Below the pieces are notes generated by a model that was not told the origin of the DNA, made no database searches, and saw nothing but the letters and a program-made list of their open reading frames with translations. Position numbers and translations under genes: made by a program. A DNA stretch of 63,829 nucleotides, filler included, from Octopus bimaculoides (taxonomy: Eukaryota), in assembly GCF_001194135.2 (NCBI RefSeq). It is 4 parts of 3 records of this genome, joined end to end, with 100 filler letters (N's around TTAATTAATTAA, not from the genome) between each part and the next. Parts side by side here need not be neighbours in the genome. Positions count along the whole stretch, not along the records: positions 36,873 to 62,563 come from NC_068990.1; positions 62,664 to 63,829 come from NW_026373621.1; 2 more parts are not named here. The stretch is one strand, 5' to 3'. Positions 48,878 to 62,989 of this stretch are shown here, piece by piece. Each line of letters starts with the position of its first letter. Position 1 is the first letter of the stretch.

Positions 48878-49654
48878 GTAACACCAGAGCTGACTTTGAT
48901 GCAATTGAAACTTATTGGAGTTTTCTAAGGGAGCAACATTTGTTCGGGATTGAACAATTCTCTGGATTCGAAGAGAGAAGTTAATCAGTCTATGACTAAC
49001 ACGAAATATCAATACTTCCTCTGAGTAAACATTATGCATTTCCAGAGAAGCCTGGGCATATCATTAAAGAGCATACCAACACTAACCAGGAAGACTTATC
49101 TTCAATTGCTATATCTAGAAATCAACGCCCTATTCGGTCTGACTTCATCATTATACACTATTCGATTATAGAGTCACCACAAGTTAACCAGCCTTGAGTC
49201 CATTTATACAGATACTATAACAAGACTGACTCCTTTTATACATATATTATAACAAGTCCTTGAAGTGATTTGTCCTATTCGACGGGAGTCGGAAATTCCG
49301 GTCACATGCAATGCTTCTATGCGTAACACAAAATATCGATACACCCTAGCTGATTAAACATTGCGCATATCCAACGAAAACTCAAGGTGACTAAACGTGG
49401 AAAGACAATACATGCGTATACCTTTAAATATCATAATAATACCAATCAGTAGGACTTATCTTGGACTGAGGCTTCAAAAATAATCAGCGTATATGTGTAT
49501 GTATGTATGCATGTATGTATGTATGTATGTATGTATACATGTATGTATGTATGTATGTATGTATGTATGTATGCAGGTAGGTAGGTAGGTAGGTAGGTAG
49601 GTAGGTAGGTAGGTAGGTATATATGTATGTATGTGTGTGTATGTATTTTTATGC

Positions 49655-51035
49655 TGCTCTTTTTAATTTTGAATAAATTTTGACCGGCCACCTACTCGGT
49701 AGCAAGGTTGTGAAGGAAAGCATCTTGTTTTAACTATCATCCTTTAAATCTTAATCAGACCTTGCAGGTTTTTATAGCTCCAAATATAGTGATTGTTTGT
49801 AGTGTATTATGTATTTGCGTTCTCTCCTTCAAGATCCCAGGATCAGCTGTACTTTGTTACACACAAGTTGATATGTATCATGTTGCTCCAATAACTACAG
49901 GTATGAAGCTGAAAGAGCATCATGGGTACTGGATTCACAAACTCCTTATCAATGGTCCATAGATTTCCTCTTTCTCTTGTATTTCGAACCGCATTGGTGT
50001 CCAGAAGGCAACAGATCATATCTTTCTCTTGTGTTCCCACGCAGCAATATCTGGCAGGTTTTAACTTGGTGGCTGTTTTAATTTTCAAGTTCTACCAATT
50101 TTTTGGATCCATCGATCTCAACTTCTGTAGGTTCTTCTTTTTTATTATCCTGTTCCAGTCTGTTCTGGCCACTGTATTATGCCTCATGGGAGGATAACAT
50201 CTGGAAGTCATTCTCTTGCAGCTGGCAATAATGTGGTTGATGTCTTAAGTTTTTGTCATTCACATTTGATGTCTGTCAGCGTTTTCTGCCTTTTATGCTG
50301 AAGGTATTTGATGGAATTTTGAATTGCATGGGAGAAGTCTTCGGAGTGAGATGTCATAATCTTGTCGGTACTCCATGCCAAGCTTTTGACATGATAATCC
50401 TTTCTACGATTTATGCTTTTCGTGCCAAATATCCATGTACTATCTTTTGAGTGAACTGGTCTATTTCTTTCATTCTGTTCTTCTGATAAATAGATTTTAT
50501 GAATGTTCCTTGGGGAGAGATGTGTATCAGTCTTATTTGATACCTCTCCTAAAGTTTATTAGCTATCCTAATTATATTGTTGATTTCATGCATTTGTGTG
50601 TGCCTGTGGCGTGAAATCTATTCAAAGTACAGCTCTATTTTCTCTGCTTTAGATATTTTTTCAGTGTTATAATTCGTGCTTCGTATGACTTCAATACAGA
50701 TTTCAAACCATGGCCACTATACTTGCATGGAAAATATAGCTTGCCTACATCCCCTTTGATGTTGACATTTCCTGAAACATTGAACAACTTGCGAGTTCGA
50801 ACATTTAACTGATCGAGTTCTATCGACCCATTCAAAAGGCCAACTTTGGCATGAGCACAGACACCGCAAAGCTGTTGTGGGGAAATACTTGTTGAAATCA
50901 GAATATTCTGATGACAATATTTTCTTTAATTTCCTGGGGTACTCATTGCTGGTTCTTTCTTTGTTCAAGGGTCCATCTTATCTAGCGTTCTCATTTTCTC
51001 CAAGATTCCAGATACAATCCATCACTGGAACTGTA
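49655..51035 (-). mobile_element. Decayed RLE-type (R4/NeSL-like) LINE
   Basis: LDQLNVRTRKLF...KGDVGKLYFP...GHGLKSV..YEARI, plus KP..(D) and FIPVVIGA remnants; multiple frameshifts. Confidence 0.75.
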
Positions 51036-52133
51036 AAAATCTGTAAAACTTTCCAGAAGTTTATCATTTAAATATATATAAGCATGTCTAGATATGCATA
51101 AGAATACATACATGAAACATACAAATCTGCACACACATACATACATAATACATACATACATACATACATACAAAAATACTCTGCTGTTGATGTTGAAATT
51201 CCAATGAAGGAGTCTTGGATCTAAGTTAGAAACGAGCTCTTTCTCTATTGGCAAGAAATCTTGAAATAAAATTGAATAATGACATACATACATGTAGACA
51301 GACAGACAGACAGACAGTTAGCTAGCTAGCTAGCTAGCTAGATAGATAGATAGTAAACTGTTATTCATTGAAATACAAGTTTATTATTCAGAAATATAAG
51401 ATCAACTTGCATTATACGTCCCTTCTTTTCTCTACCATACATCCTCTCACACTCGTTTTACATCATCCCCGACTCTCTTCATAATTCTCCACCCTTTTTT
51501 CTCATTTCCTCATCGAATTACTTAACCATCCTTTTTTCCCTCTTCAAAGAGTTAATATACATACATTTTCCTCTTGCTCTTTTCTCATTATTAGAATTTT
51601 GGAAACCCATCAGCTTCTCCGGAAAACACAAAATGTACTCCACTTTCATAACATTGATTCTTGAACGTTAATTTTCCAGTCATTGATCACCGATTATATG
51701 CAGAAACATGCTCTACTTGAACTATGGATGTAAAGAGAGATATTCTATGTATATTTTTCTTGTAACTGATACAATATAAAATTATTATCCGTTGCCATCT
51801 TCCATGAAAACATGTAGTATACTTAGTGCAGTTCGAAAGTATTTAAAAGAATGAAAAAAAAATTAAATATAGGAAGAAAGTTTTTAAATAAAATCTTATT
51901 CATTTTGCCATGTTAATTAAAACAGATTACTTATTGAAAAGTATAATTAGGACATGCAACATATGCTGAATTAAAATTCGTGTAGAGTTTCTGGATTTTT
52001 AGCAACTATCGAATAAACAATTCTAATTTTATATCAGGTGCTGGTATAAAGTACAAACACGTCTAAAATTGTATATTGTGAATCATTGTTTCTCTCTTTC
52101 TCTCTCTGTCTTTCTCTCCCTCTCTCTGCATTA

Positions 52134-52230
<97 letters not shown>

Positions 52231-53645
52231 TACAAACCTGCAAACATATATGTGTATATGTAGTTAGCTAGCTAGCTAGCTAGGTATTATGTATATTTCA
52301 TAAATGTTATAGCACAGTGTGAAATATTTTAATTGTTAATTAAGACAGTCTCATTTCTTTGAATATTCAATTTTAAACGGAGGAATAATTACTAAAAAGA
52401 ATTGGAAATTAATTTTTAATAAACAAAACCGAACAAACATTTAATAAATTGCGTAACATACTACTTTCTGGCACAATTGACTTTTCCGGATACATTTTCA
52501 TTTTCGTATTGGAAATATTGATGGATATTTGATTAATCGAACTACATATTGGAATGTTTTTTTGTTTTGTTGTTTTTTTTTGTATTTATTTACAAGTAGT
52601 CTGCTGAAGTTAATGACTGAATTTCAATAATAGTCTGACGTATTGACGTTTTGGCGTATTGAAATTAAAATTGGTCCTTTGACATATTAAAGTTAAGAAT
52701 AATTTGTAAAATACAATTCCTACATACCACAAATATCTCATTCAAATTACATTGGTCATTAACGTATTTTCAAGACAAAATCTCTTTCTTGCGACACTGT
52801 TAAATCTCTAACAATTTATCTCACAGGAGTAACACGAAATTGATGAAAGTTATTTATAACGAATATGATACATTTGAGAACCTTTTGTACGACTTAATAC
52901 GAGGTGTCCTATTTTAAATATTTTGTAGAGAAATCATTTGAAATCGTTAGTAAATGACAAAAAACTATTTTGTTTTATATTTCGCTCAAGAAAAAGTAAT
53001 AACAAAATCGTGATAGGAACAGTCAGTTGTTTCAACAAAATTATGCAATACTATTCTATTATATAACATGCTATAAAGCATACTGCATAATAAAGACGAC
53101 AAGGCGTATTCAACATTGAAAAACTCTATATAATTTCCTTATTTCCTTTCAATTTTTGAAAATTTGAAATACATTTGTCTCAGTTCCATACAGAGAATAA
53201 TGTAATTTCAAATGCACACGAAAGTTCTTTATGCACATATATTAATATACATGAATGTTATTGTAAATGAAAATATTGTCAAGCTGTAAAAGCGTACTCG
53301 CATGTGTCTTCCATTCGTACCCTCCCTTTTATAGTTTTCTTTATTCACTTGCATTGCCTTTCTTCTTTCAATCCTAACACATTCGCCAACTTTGTCGATT
53401 ACTCGTCCTCCTCCACTAACTGATGTAAAAGAAAAGGAGAAGATAAATAAAGCGGTCTGACTGATTAACACCTTGAAATAAAAAGAAGGAAATGACAAAT
53501 ATGTAAAATACATAGAATGCACGTAAAGGTTACGTTCTTTCGGCCTTCATTGTAACTAACGATAGATTCAAAGCTTAATGGTGACGATTCATCTTCAATT
53601 TTAACATGTCGGTCTGTATCTTTGTATGCGTATTCTTTTACATTT

Positions 53646-54262
53646 TTATTCTTTTACTTGCTTCAGTTATTTGACTGTGGTCATGCTGGAGCAATGCCTT
53701 TAGTCGAACGGATCAACCCCAGGTCTTATTCCTTATAAGCATAGTACTTGTTCTATCGGGTCTTTTGCCGAACTGCTAAACACACCAAGCGATGTCAAGC
53801 GATGGTGGGGGGGGGGGCACAAACACAGACACACAAGCACACACACATATGTGTGTGTGTGTTTATATATATATTATTATGATTGACCGTTGACTGAACA
53901 CTATTCAATTTTTTTTCTCCGTGTTTTTCTCCTTGTCTCCGTATTCTTTCTGTTGAAGAGCGTAGCTCGAAACGTCAAAGACTTTCCGTATTCCCGAGCG
54001 TCATACTAATACATCCTTTTGTTATTTACACCACCTGTCCTCGTCTGTTGTTGTTTTTTCGTATATTCTCCCATATATATATATATATATATATATACAT
54101 ACGACGAGCTTCTTTCACTTTCTGTCTACCAAATCCACCCACAAGACTTTGATCGACCGGGTGCTATAGTAGAAGACACTTGCCCAAGGTGCCACATAGT
54201 TGGGCTGATCTGGGAACCATGTGGTTGGGAAGCAAGCTTCTTACTACACGACCACGCCTGCG
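53646..54262 (-). mobile_element. SINE A interrupted by a PLE family-2 fragment
   Basis: Tail 53646-53850 and head 54105-54262, with an insert at about 53880-54075 within the internal (TG)n(TA)n. Confidence 0.8.
53945..53981 (+). ncRNA. Minimal hammerhead-like motif (family 2), best copy
   Basis: TCTTT-CTGTTGA-A-GAGC-gta-GCTC-GAAA-CG-TC-AAAGA: perfect 5-bp stem I, 4-bp stem II, GUC triplet, palindromic ACGT. Confidence 0.65.
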
Positions 54263-56204
54263 CATCTAATTTTTCTGGACTGGGGTGAATAATTTATTGA
54301 ACATGTGCATATTCTTATATATCTGCATGCATGTTCATTAGGGTGGGTGAGCGAATGAGTACGGCTATGTATATGCGTGAGGGAGAGAGAGAGAGAAAGA
54401 GAGAGAAAGAAAGAGAAAGAGAGAGGGAGAAAGCACGTATATATTAATATCTGGGTGGTGTAAGTTGAGATTTACATTTGGCATGTATTTGTGTTAGTGT
54501 GTAACGTGAAATCTATTCAAAGATGCACACAGTGTATTTTTGTGTGTGTACGTATAGAACGATCTTTTGAATGATGTTTATATACTCCTGAAATTTTTAT
54601 TATGCATATTGTCTTCCTCTTTTTCTGCCACATTTTGATCTTTTATTAATATTTCCTCTACTTTAATGTGTAACTCTGTGATCTATACATATTTGTCTTC
54701 GTTTAAGATGAAACATGCAAGGATGGATTGCATCTTTATATGAAATACATACACCTATATACAAACACACACAATCATGCACATAAACACGCTCTCACAC
54801 ACACACACACATATATATATATATACATACGTACGGCTTTACGCATACGTTATATATGTACAAAGTACATTTGTATATGCATATAGACACGCACACAAAC
54901 ATATATACCTATGTGTGTACGTGCGCGCGTGTGTATGCATGTATATATATATATAAAATATATCAATCCGTATATACTACCCAACGTGTTTCTATATATT
55001 TACTGATTTATAAAAGGACAATGTCTAAGCAGTCATAATTGTCACATATACCTGGTGGGAACTAACACATCATGAAAAACTCAAGGTACACATTTTTGTT
55101 TACGACCTGCGTTTCTCTGTTCACTTTTTGATGCACCTTATAATCTTCTTGCTGAGATGTTTTGAATGCTTTTGTATTTACTTTCTATTTTTTCTTATCT
55201 CCAACTACAACTAAAACATATTGACCTCTATGTTATTTTGCTAACATATCACATCTCATTACAACCATTGATTAATTCCAGCCATAAATAATAATTTCGT
55301 TGCTATTATGTTAAACTGTCGTATGTCTAAATTTGGCCAGATGCGTTTCTTTCAATATTTATTTTTGCTTGCAATGGCCGGTTCTTTTGGTTAAACTATA
55401 GTATCTCCAACTGCTTTAGATGCCAAAATATCAAAAATTGTCCAAGTGTAGTACAACGGTTTTGCTATGGAATGGTGAAACTATTTTCTCGTTTTCTGAA
55501 AAGGCAACGTTTTGGACTTTCTAAAATGTTGCATAGTTGCAACGATTTATAGAAAATATTGAAAATCATATACATTCCGGGAGTTAAAAACACGCTTGAA
55601 AAGATAGATCCCGCATACCAGAAAATCTGCCCCTCAAACTGTTTATGCTGAAATCTGGATCAAGCAAATCGAATCTAACCAATAGTGTTTTACTAAACTT
55701 CTATTGAAAATTAGACATATATCACATCTAGAATTCTTTACCGATATGACTGGTGCCAACAACATAATTCAGAGATATGTAAGCATAGAATACTAGCTTC
55801 AATCTTGATAATACATCATAAAGCCTGCGACTGTTTAGATAACGTATGTTATTAATTAATTATGTGTACGTGCATATAAACAATTCATCAATAGATTGAT
55901 GCGAGGTTTGTCCCGAAATTAATGCAAAAGTGGGCATAAACAATATAGGTTGATCAATACACACGTTGATAGATTAAATATCTGATTCCAGTTACTCTTC
56001 TTCTCGGTATTATTTTTTGCAGGTTTAATATCGTGTCCATGTAAAAACAACATTTGCATCGTTAACATCTTCTCAAAGGAGTAAGCATTTTGTCCAACAT
56101 CCAGAGAAGTCCATAGGTTGTTTACGGTTTTAACGCCATTCACAAAAGCAATGAGTTAAGATGGATGAATAATTTAATGAAAAGAAAAGCAGAATAGAAA
56201 ACAC

Positions 56205-56335
56205 GCAGTGAAAGACCATCAACTGCGATGGCTAACACGAAAGCTGAAAGGCAATGTTGACTTCGGTGGAATTTGAACGCAGAGTGCATAGCCGGAAGAA
56301 AAGCCGCTAAGTATTTCGCCTGGCTCGGTACGGTT
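56205..56335 (-). mobile_element. SINE B, degenerate
   Basis: gaaaggcaatgttgacttcggtggaatttgaac...gctaagtatttcgcctgg. Confidence 0.7.
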
Positions 56336-56734
56336 CTACCAGGACCTGATGTGAGTTGTTTCGCTCCACTAAATCGTACTTTCAGTTGATTTTTTCACCA
56401 GATGCATACACAATATATTCTCCTGCGCCAAAAATCGCAGCCGACCCACGAATTAACAACACATAAACTATGTATGTGTTTTCAATTTTGCTTATATAAC
56501 TTGAGCTTCTTCTAATCCATATATATTCAAATATATATATATATACACGCACCCCACCCACACACACACTCAAATACAGATATCTTGCGGGTGCGTTTAT
56601 AGGGATTATTTCAAAGCTGTGCTGCCCTAGGGTATAAAGTTATACATCTTTAGACAATATGTTACGTATACATACATGTAAACGATATATCTGCATTTAA
56701 GATATTCATTTATGATACACACATACACACATAC

Positions 56735-56769
<35 letters not shown>

Positions 56770-58270
56770 CACACGCATATGCATATATATATATATAGAT
56801 AGATATGTGTGTGTATGTATGTATATATATAATATGCATACATGTATATATATGTATTATATGTATATGCATATATGTATATACACAGAAATATTTATAT
56901 AGAGAGAGAAAACGAAAGAAAGAAGGATAGATAGACAGATAGATAGATAAGTACACACGTTCGCCTACCACACATACACGTCCATAATATGTGCAATTAT
57001 TTAATTTACAAGCTATTCGTCTTTCCTCAGATTCTAAAACTCAATAAAACCATGCATAAATAAATTGGTTTTTATATCGATTGAGGACCTTTTTTTTATG
57101 TTGAAAGTGATATATTGTAAAGAGATATTGTTCAGGGTGGTATTTTCTGGTGGTAATGTCGCAATCGTTAAGCCGTTTGTCATGAGTTTGTAACCAGTTC
57201 CCTGATATGTATATTTTACAACTCTAAATCGATCGGCTTTAAGTTAAGTTCTCAGTAACACATTATGTGATTTAGAATTTATGGCAATTTCGGAATTTCG
57301 TCTTTTTTTTTTCCAGTTTTCTTTAATGCAGCAATAATTTCAGAAAACTTAACTAATAGTTTGGCCTAACTATTATGACCAAAATTCTAAAACTCCTCAA
57401 CTATGAAGTAAGTCACCATCTCCAACATTTTTTCAATAACTTTCAACAACGTAATACTTATAATAATACAATAACGATCGAAATGCGTAGCTGCATGACT
57501 CCGAATGTTCATATATATGTACAACCACAGAAATACTAGAAATACTTTTGTGTAACATTACCAGACCAAATATCTCACTTTCTAAATTATTAATTTCGAC
57601 TATTTCCTATCTCCACACTATTTACAAACTTCAGCCAATGAATAAATCGACATTTTATATAGATCTTTATTTGGGAAAACAGTTAAATCTAAAGCTCTCT
57701 TCTATTTTCCAAACTAACTACTTGTAAATGTAATCATACTCCACTTACGTAATGCCCTAAGAAAATGAGTGAGAGAAAAGTAAAAAGAACTTAATTACTG
57801 CGAGAACAAGCAGCTAAAAGCTCAACAATTATGTCAAATATTCTACATTTCATCTTACACTTGCCTCTTTCATTATTAGAGCCGATCTGGGTCTAAAAGC
57901 TAACGGCAGTGACAAAAAATACTTGGTGGTGAACTATTAGTCAGATTGTCCAGCCTCACTAGTCCACAATTGTAACAAGTATAGAATATCTAATTTCTGC
58001 CTGGTAAAACTTTTGAGATTCATCCACACGGGCACATTTTTACTTATAGCTATATAACTTCCCTATGGCCTCAAAATATACACACTTCAGTTACTTTTAG
58101 CGACCATTACGCATTCGTAACAACGCAATAACACTAAACTTGTATCCACCACACTGAAATTTCAAAGTAAAATTTTAATTATATTACTTATTATCTCCAA
58201 GGTGACTCCTTGCAAGCAATAGAAAAGAACGCTAAACATGAAAAAACTTGCTGTTAGATAATATGAATAT

Positions 58271-58655
58271 ACTCTTTACTCTCTCTTTTAATTGTTTCAG
58301 TCATTTGACTGCGGCCATGCAGGAGCACCACCTTTAGTCGAGCAAATCGACCCCAGGACTTATTCTTTGGAACCCTAGTACTTATTCTATCGGACTCTTT
58401 TTGCCGAACCGCTAAGTTACGGGGACGTAAACACACCAGCATCGATTGTCAAGCGATGTTGGAGAGACAAACACAGACACACAAACATATATATGTATAT
58501 ACATATATACGACGGGCTTCTTTCAGTTTCCATCTACAAAATCCACTCACAAGGCTTTGGTCGGCCCGAGGCTATAGTAAAAGACACTTGCTCAAGGTGC
58601 CACGCAGTGGGACTGAACCCGGAACCATGTGGCTGGTAAGCAAGCTACTACACAC
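58271..58655 (-). mobile_element. SINE A, full-length young copy
   Basis: Complete head-to-tail match to other A copies. Confidence 0.92.
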
Positions 58656-59839
58656 ACAAAAATAAAAATACTCCTTGTTGCTTACAATAGCTGTATAATA
58701 TTTACAACAGACATGCATACGCATGATCTGATTCGTTCTGAGTGGTAAGTGAGAACAGAACCTCAAAACTTCTCTTCATATATAACATAACTTTAGACAG
58801 GGTATTTTCATTTTAAAAGCTAAGGCAACGAATTCCAGTATCTATATACTTGATACAAATGGGAATTATATCTAAATTTAGACTGATTCGAAGTAAAACT
58901 ATTGTCAAATCTGTCAGACTATATATATCTAGTTAAGCATTCTGAACTTGGAAGGTATTTATTTATATCGATGAAAGCACTGTGGACAGCGGGTTGATTG
59001 AACATAGAAATATTTTAAACAGATTTGAGGATGCTATATTACGGTTGAAGTTAAGTAAAGAAGAGTGATTTCATATTGTTTTCTATTCAAACTGAAATGG
59101 TATGAATTCTCTGAATGGAAGAAATATTTAAGAAATATTTCAGAAATACTGTTATTGATATAAGGAACTTTAGAAGGGGTAACAGCATTTCATTTATTAT
59201 ATTAGAGTAGTCGGTGATATTACTAATGTGCAGGGTTTTGACATTGAATTCGAGAGCTTTATTAAACAAAACATTCAGAAAACGTATGGGATTTATTAAG
59301 TATGGAGTTCTTAATTATAATACTCGGTTGGTTTGAGAACTTATGGATGTAAAGAGATGCAACAGTTTGTAGTGTAAATAAAGAGGAGGCTATTAAGATC
59401 TAAGTTTAACTCAGGAGATTGTTTTTTGTTAGACAAGCTATTACTTATATCCAATGGTATATTTTCGGAAGAATATGTTGGAACATTTGCAAGCAATCAA
59501 GAGTTTCTAGACATTAGTTTCTGAATGTTTATTGTCATCTTGTTGCTGACCATCGACAATCCATGCAAAATTGTTTTCTGATTTTATACGACAAATATGA
59601 CAATCTCGCATGGTTTTGTTGAATATTTTGGCTCTCATGGGATTACCGTAGGCAATATTAGCATTTCGTTCCTCCAGTTTGGTTGTTTCCCATTATTACT
59701 GCAATGCATACGTGAAAAACACTTATTTCCTACTAAAAACATATGTTGGATGTCACAAAAAGAAGAGCAGGAGTGGAGTTAGAGAATCTATTACTTAAAC
59801 AGACAAATTCAGACACCTCACAAATTGATACACTTATGT

Positions 59840-60400
59840 CTTTCTTATATCGCTTTGTTTCTTTTAAGATAAACATGCACTACTCCACTGTAAACGCATT
59901 GCAACTTTTGTTTTTGAAAGTAGTGCAGTCCCCCCGTGAAATCTGGCTTTGTGCAGCTCCTGGTGAACAGCTTTTGTGGAAATTGGGTTCTCAAGGTGGT
60001 CATTAAGCTCTGCAGTAACTTTGGGACCTGTACTTTCTAACAATTCGTGTAAGAGTCCGACGGTCCTTATCTGAAAATGTTGGATTTCTTCTGGAATTTT
60101 GTTTTGATGAGGAGGTCTTTCCCTCTTTCTCAAAGACTGTCATTACTTTCAAGAGAGTACTTTTTGATACACCAAACATTTCGGCTGTTGTCGTTACGCT
60201 AGCGTCTGCTATACGAACGCCAACAGTCTGACCTCTTTGATAGTCCGATAGATCTGTCATTTTAATGAATTTTAATTACTTTTTCTGTCGATATTTGAAA
60301 AGAATCAGCAATTTTAGCAAAACATATTAAGCAACACTAATAATAAGTCAAAAACATAAAAGTAAACAAGCTTTTGACAGTTTTATAGATATTTCAAAAT
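59840..60400 (-). mobile_element. Tc1-like transposase N-terminal fragment
   Basis: DLSDYQRGQTVG...AEMFGVSKST...DRRTLTRIVRK..PKVTAELNDHLENPISTKAVHQELHKA, matching the Tc1 HTH. Confidence 0.85.
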
Positions 60401-60444
60401 TATAATGCTNNNNNNNNNNTATATATATATATATATATATGCAT

Positions 60445-60800
60445 ATATGTGCACGGGACATCACCAACTGTAATCAACATGAAGTACGAAAACAACCGAG
60501 CTAAATATGCAAACAAGAAGAAAAAAATGGAAAATGGGAAAAGTAACACAAATAAAGACCCTTCATCATTTGTCGGCTGTCTATCTACTCTTCATTTCGA
60601 GCATTCAATAACAATATGAATCTTTGAAGACAGTTGCTCCCATCAAATTTGGGATTTTATGGAGGGTCAAAGTTGGAAACAAAAACAGGCCAGTGGAGAC
60701 ATACAAGGAAATTGAATGAAAGCAAACATGGCGGGCCATTAGACCAGATCGAGGAGAAAATAGTGAACGCTGAGAGAAATATTTTCTTTGAAGAGAAAAG
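60445..60800 (-). repeat. Unclassified interspersed repeat, related to 63730-63829 (+)
   Basis: Shared gccgacaa(c/a)tgatgaagggtc segment in opposite orientations. Confidence 0.5.
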
Positions 60801-61398
60801 ATAGGAGAGATACAAGACGCCCCTCCATCCTTCTCTAATTCTCTTTTTCTCCTCCCCTTCACCGTGGGTTATATGCCTTTACTATCTCCGTTTCAACATA
60901 CTGTAAGTTTAATGTTAACATCACTTACTTCAAACATGTGGTAATTTTCATTATCTTAATAGAAAATGCACCGTTGTAGTTTATCAATTCACACTCACCC
61001 TCCTCCAACAGAAAGTTATGCTAACTTCTAAATGTAATATAGTAGACTCTTTCTTGTACCGTTTAGTAATGTATACGTTTATTTGTTCGTTAGATAATGT
61101 ATCCATAGTTTTGTTACCGCTTATATTTCCTATGAAATTTTTTCAATGAATTGAATCGAATCTCATTTTTTGCTGATGTATATCGTACTTATTTACTAGA
61201 TTTACATAGATACCATCATTATTCACTCTTGAATATTTGGTATATTCTGTGAAAGAAAGCAGGTGCTCTGCTAAGTTGATAGTTTGAAATCGTTTCAAAA
61301 TTCTATAACAACCAAATAAGCATTGTTCTCAAAGTTATATATTAACAGCGGGTTCATGCTGTAAGTTTATTGCAGATTGAATATAATGTGCGTGTATT

Positions 61399-61432
<34 letters not shown>

Positions 61433-61586
61433 TGTGTGTGTGTGTGTGCGTGTGTGTGTTTGGGTGAGTGTGTGTGCTATTATTTTGGTACGTTGGATCT
61501 AGAAGTCACTAAGCTATAAATAATACCATGTAAATATTGGATATGGATATAAATATAGATAAATAGCTACCTAGCTACCTAACTAC

Positions 61587-61647
<61 letters not shown>

Positions 61648-61711
61648 GATTCATACATACATATATATATGTATGTATACACACATATGTGTGTGTATAT
61701 ATATACATATA

Positions 61712-61747
<36 letters not shown>

Positions 61748-62484
61748 TGTATGTATGTATGTATGTACAAATATATACGTATATATATGTATATATACAC
61801 ATGTTTATATATATATATATATGTACGTATATGTACATGTTTATGTGTATATTCGTATATCTGTATGCATACATGTACATGTATGTATTTATGAATGCTT
61901 GTTTAATGAATGTTTGCAAATAGCTGAGCATGAGTATATCTGGTAGTGTATGTATGTGGGAATTATGAGATAGACACCTTCTCGTTTATAATACATTAAA
62001 ATATAAAGCATCAAAAAAGGAAAATGTAGAACGATAGAATATTTTTCTTTAAAACATTTTTTCTTTGTAGGATTAATTAAATTAGCAAACGTTGTGCTTC
62101 ACATTTGAAAACATTGAAAATATTTGAAGTGGCTCAAGTGATTTTACGTGATATTAAAATTACAAAAATAGATAAATAAATGTATTTTGTGACGTTAGCA
62201 ACTGGTAGGACAATCACTCTTCCACAATGTATATAAATATATGTGTGTATGTATATGTGTGTGTGTATATGTGTGTGTGTATATGTATGTGTGTGTTTGC
62301 GTATGTTATTGTGTTTATTATTATATATGTAACAAAACACGCATATACTTACTCATAAACCACACACACACACACACACACACACATGAATACATATGCA
62401 TATATACATCGGTATATGTATATATATGAATATATGAATATCAACTATCTATCTCTGTATCTGTCTGTCTGTCAGTCTGTCTGT

Positions 62485-62563
<79 letters not shown>

Positions 62564-62774
62564 NNNNNNNNNNNNNNNNNNNNNNNNNNNNNNNNNNNNN
62601 NNNNNNNTTAATTAATTAANNNNNNNNNNNNNNNNNNNNNNNNNNNNNNNNNNNNNNNNNNNNGGGGTTTTTGATACTACACAGCTGCGCCCGTCGTGCT
62701 GTTTATATAACTTTCTTTACTGTGACTTGAAGGAAGGAAGCGGAAATGACGCTGAGGTTTCACTTAACATGTAT

Positions 62775-62945
62775 AGACGCAAGCGTATCTCTGTAGTTAG
62801 ACGTTTGTTTCCCAACCACAGTATCCTACAGGGCACCCTGGCCAAGTATCTTCCACCACAGATCCTTGCTGAGCAAAGCCTTGTGACTGAGTTTGATAGA
62901 GGGAACCTGAAAGAAGCCATATCATGTGTTTATGTGGCTATTTGT
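62775..62945 (+). mobile_element. SINE A head, degenerate
   Basis: tttcccaaccac...aaagccttgtga...ctgaaagaagcc. Confidence 0.65.
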
Positions 62946-62989
62946 GTGTGTCTGTGTGTTGCTGTTTCTTAGCTTTAACAGTGTGTGAT

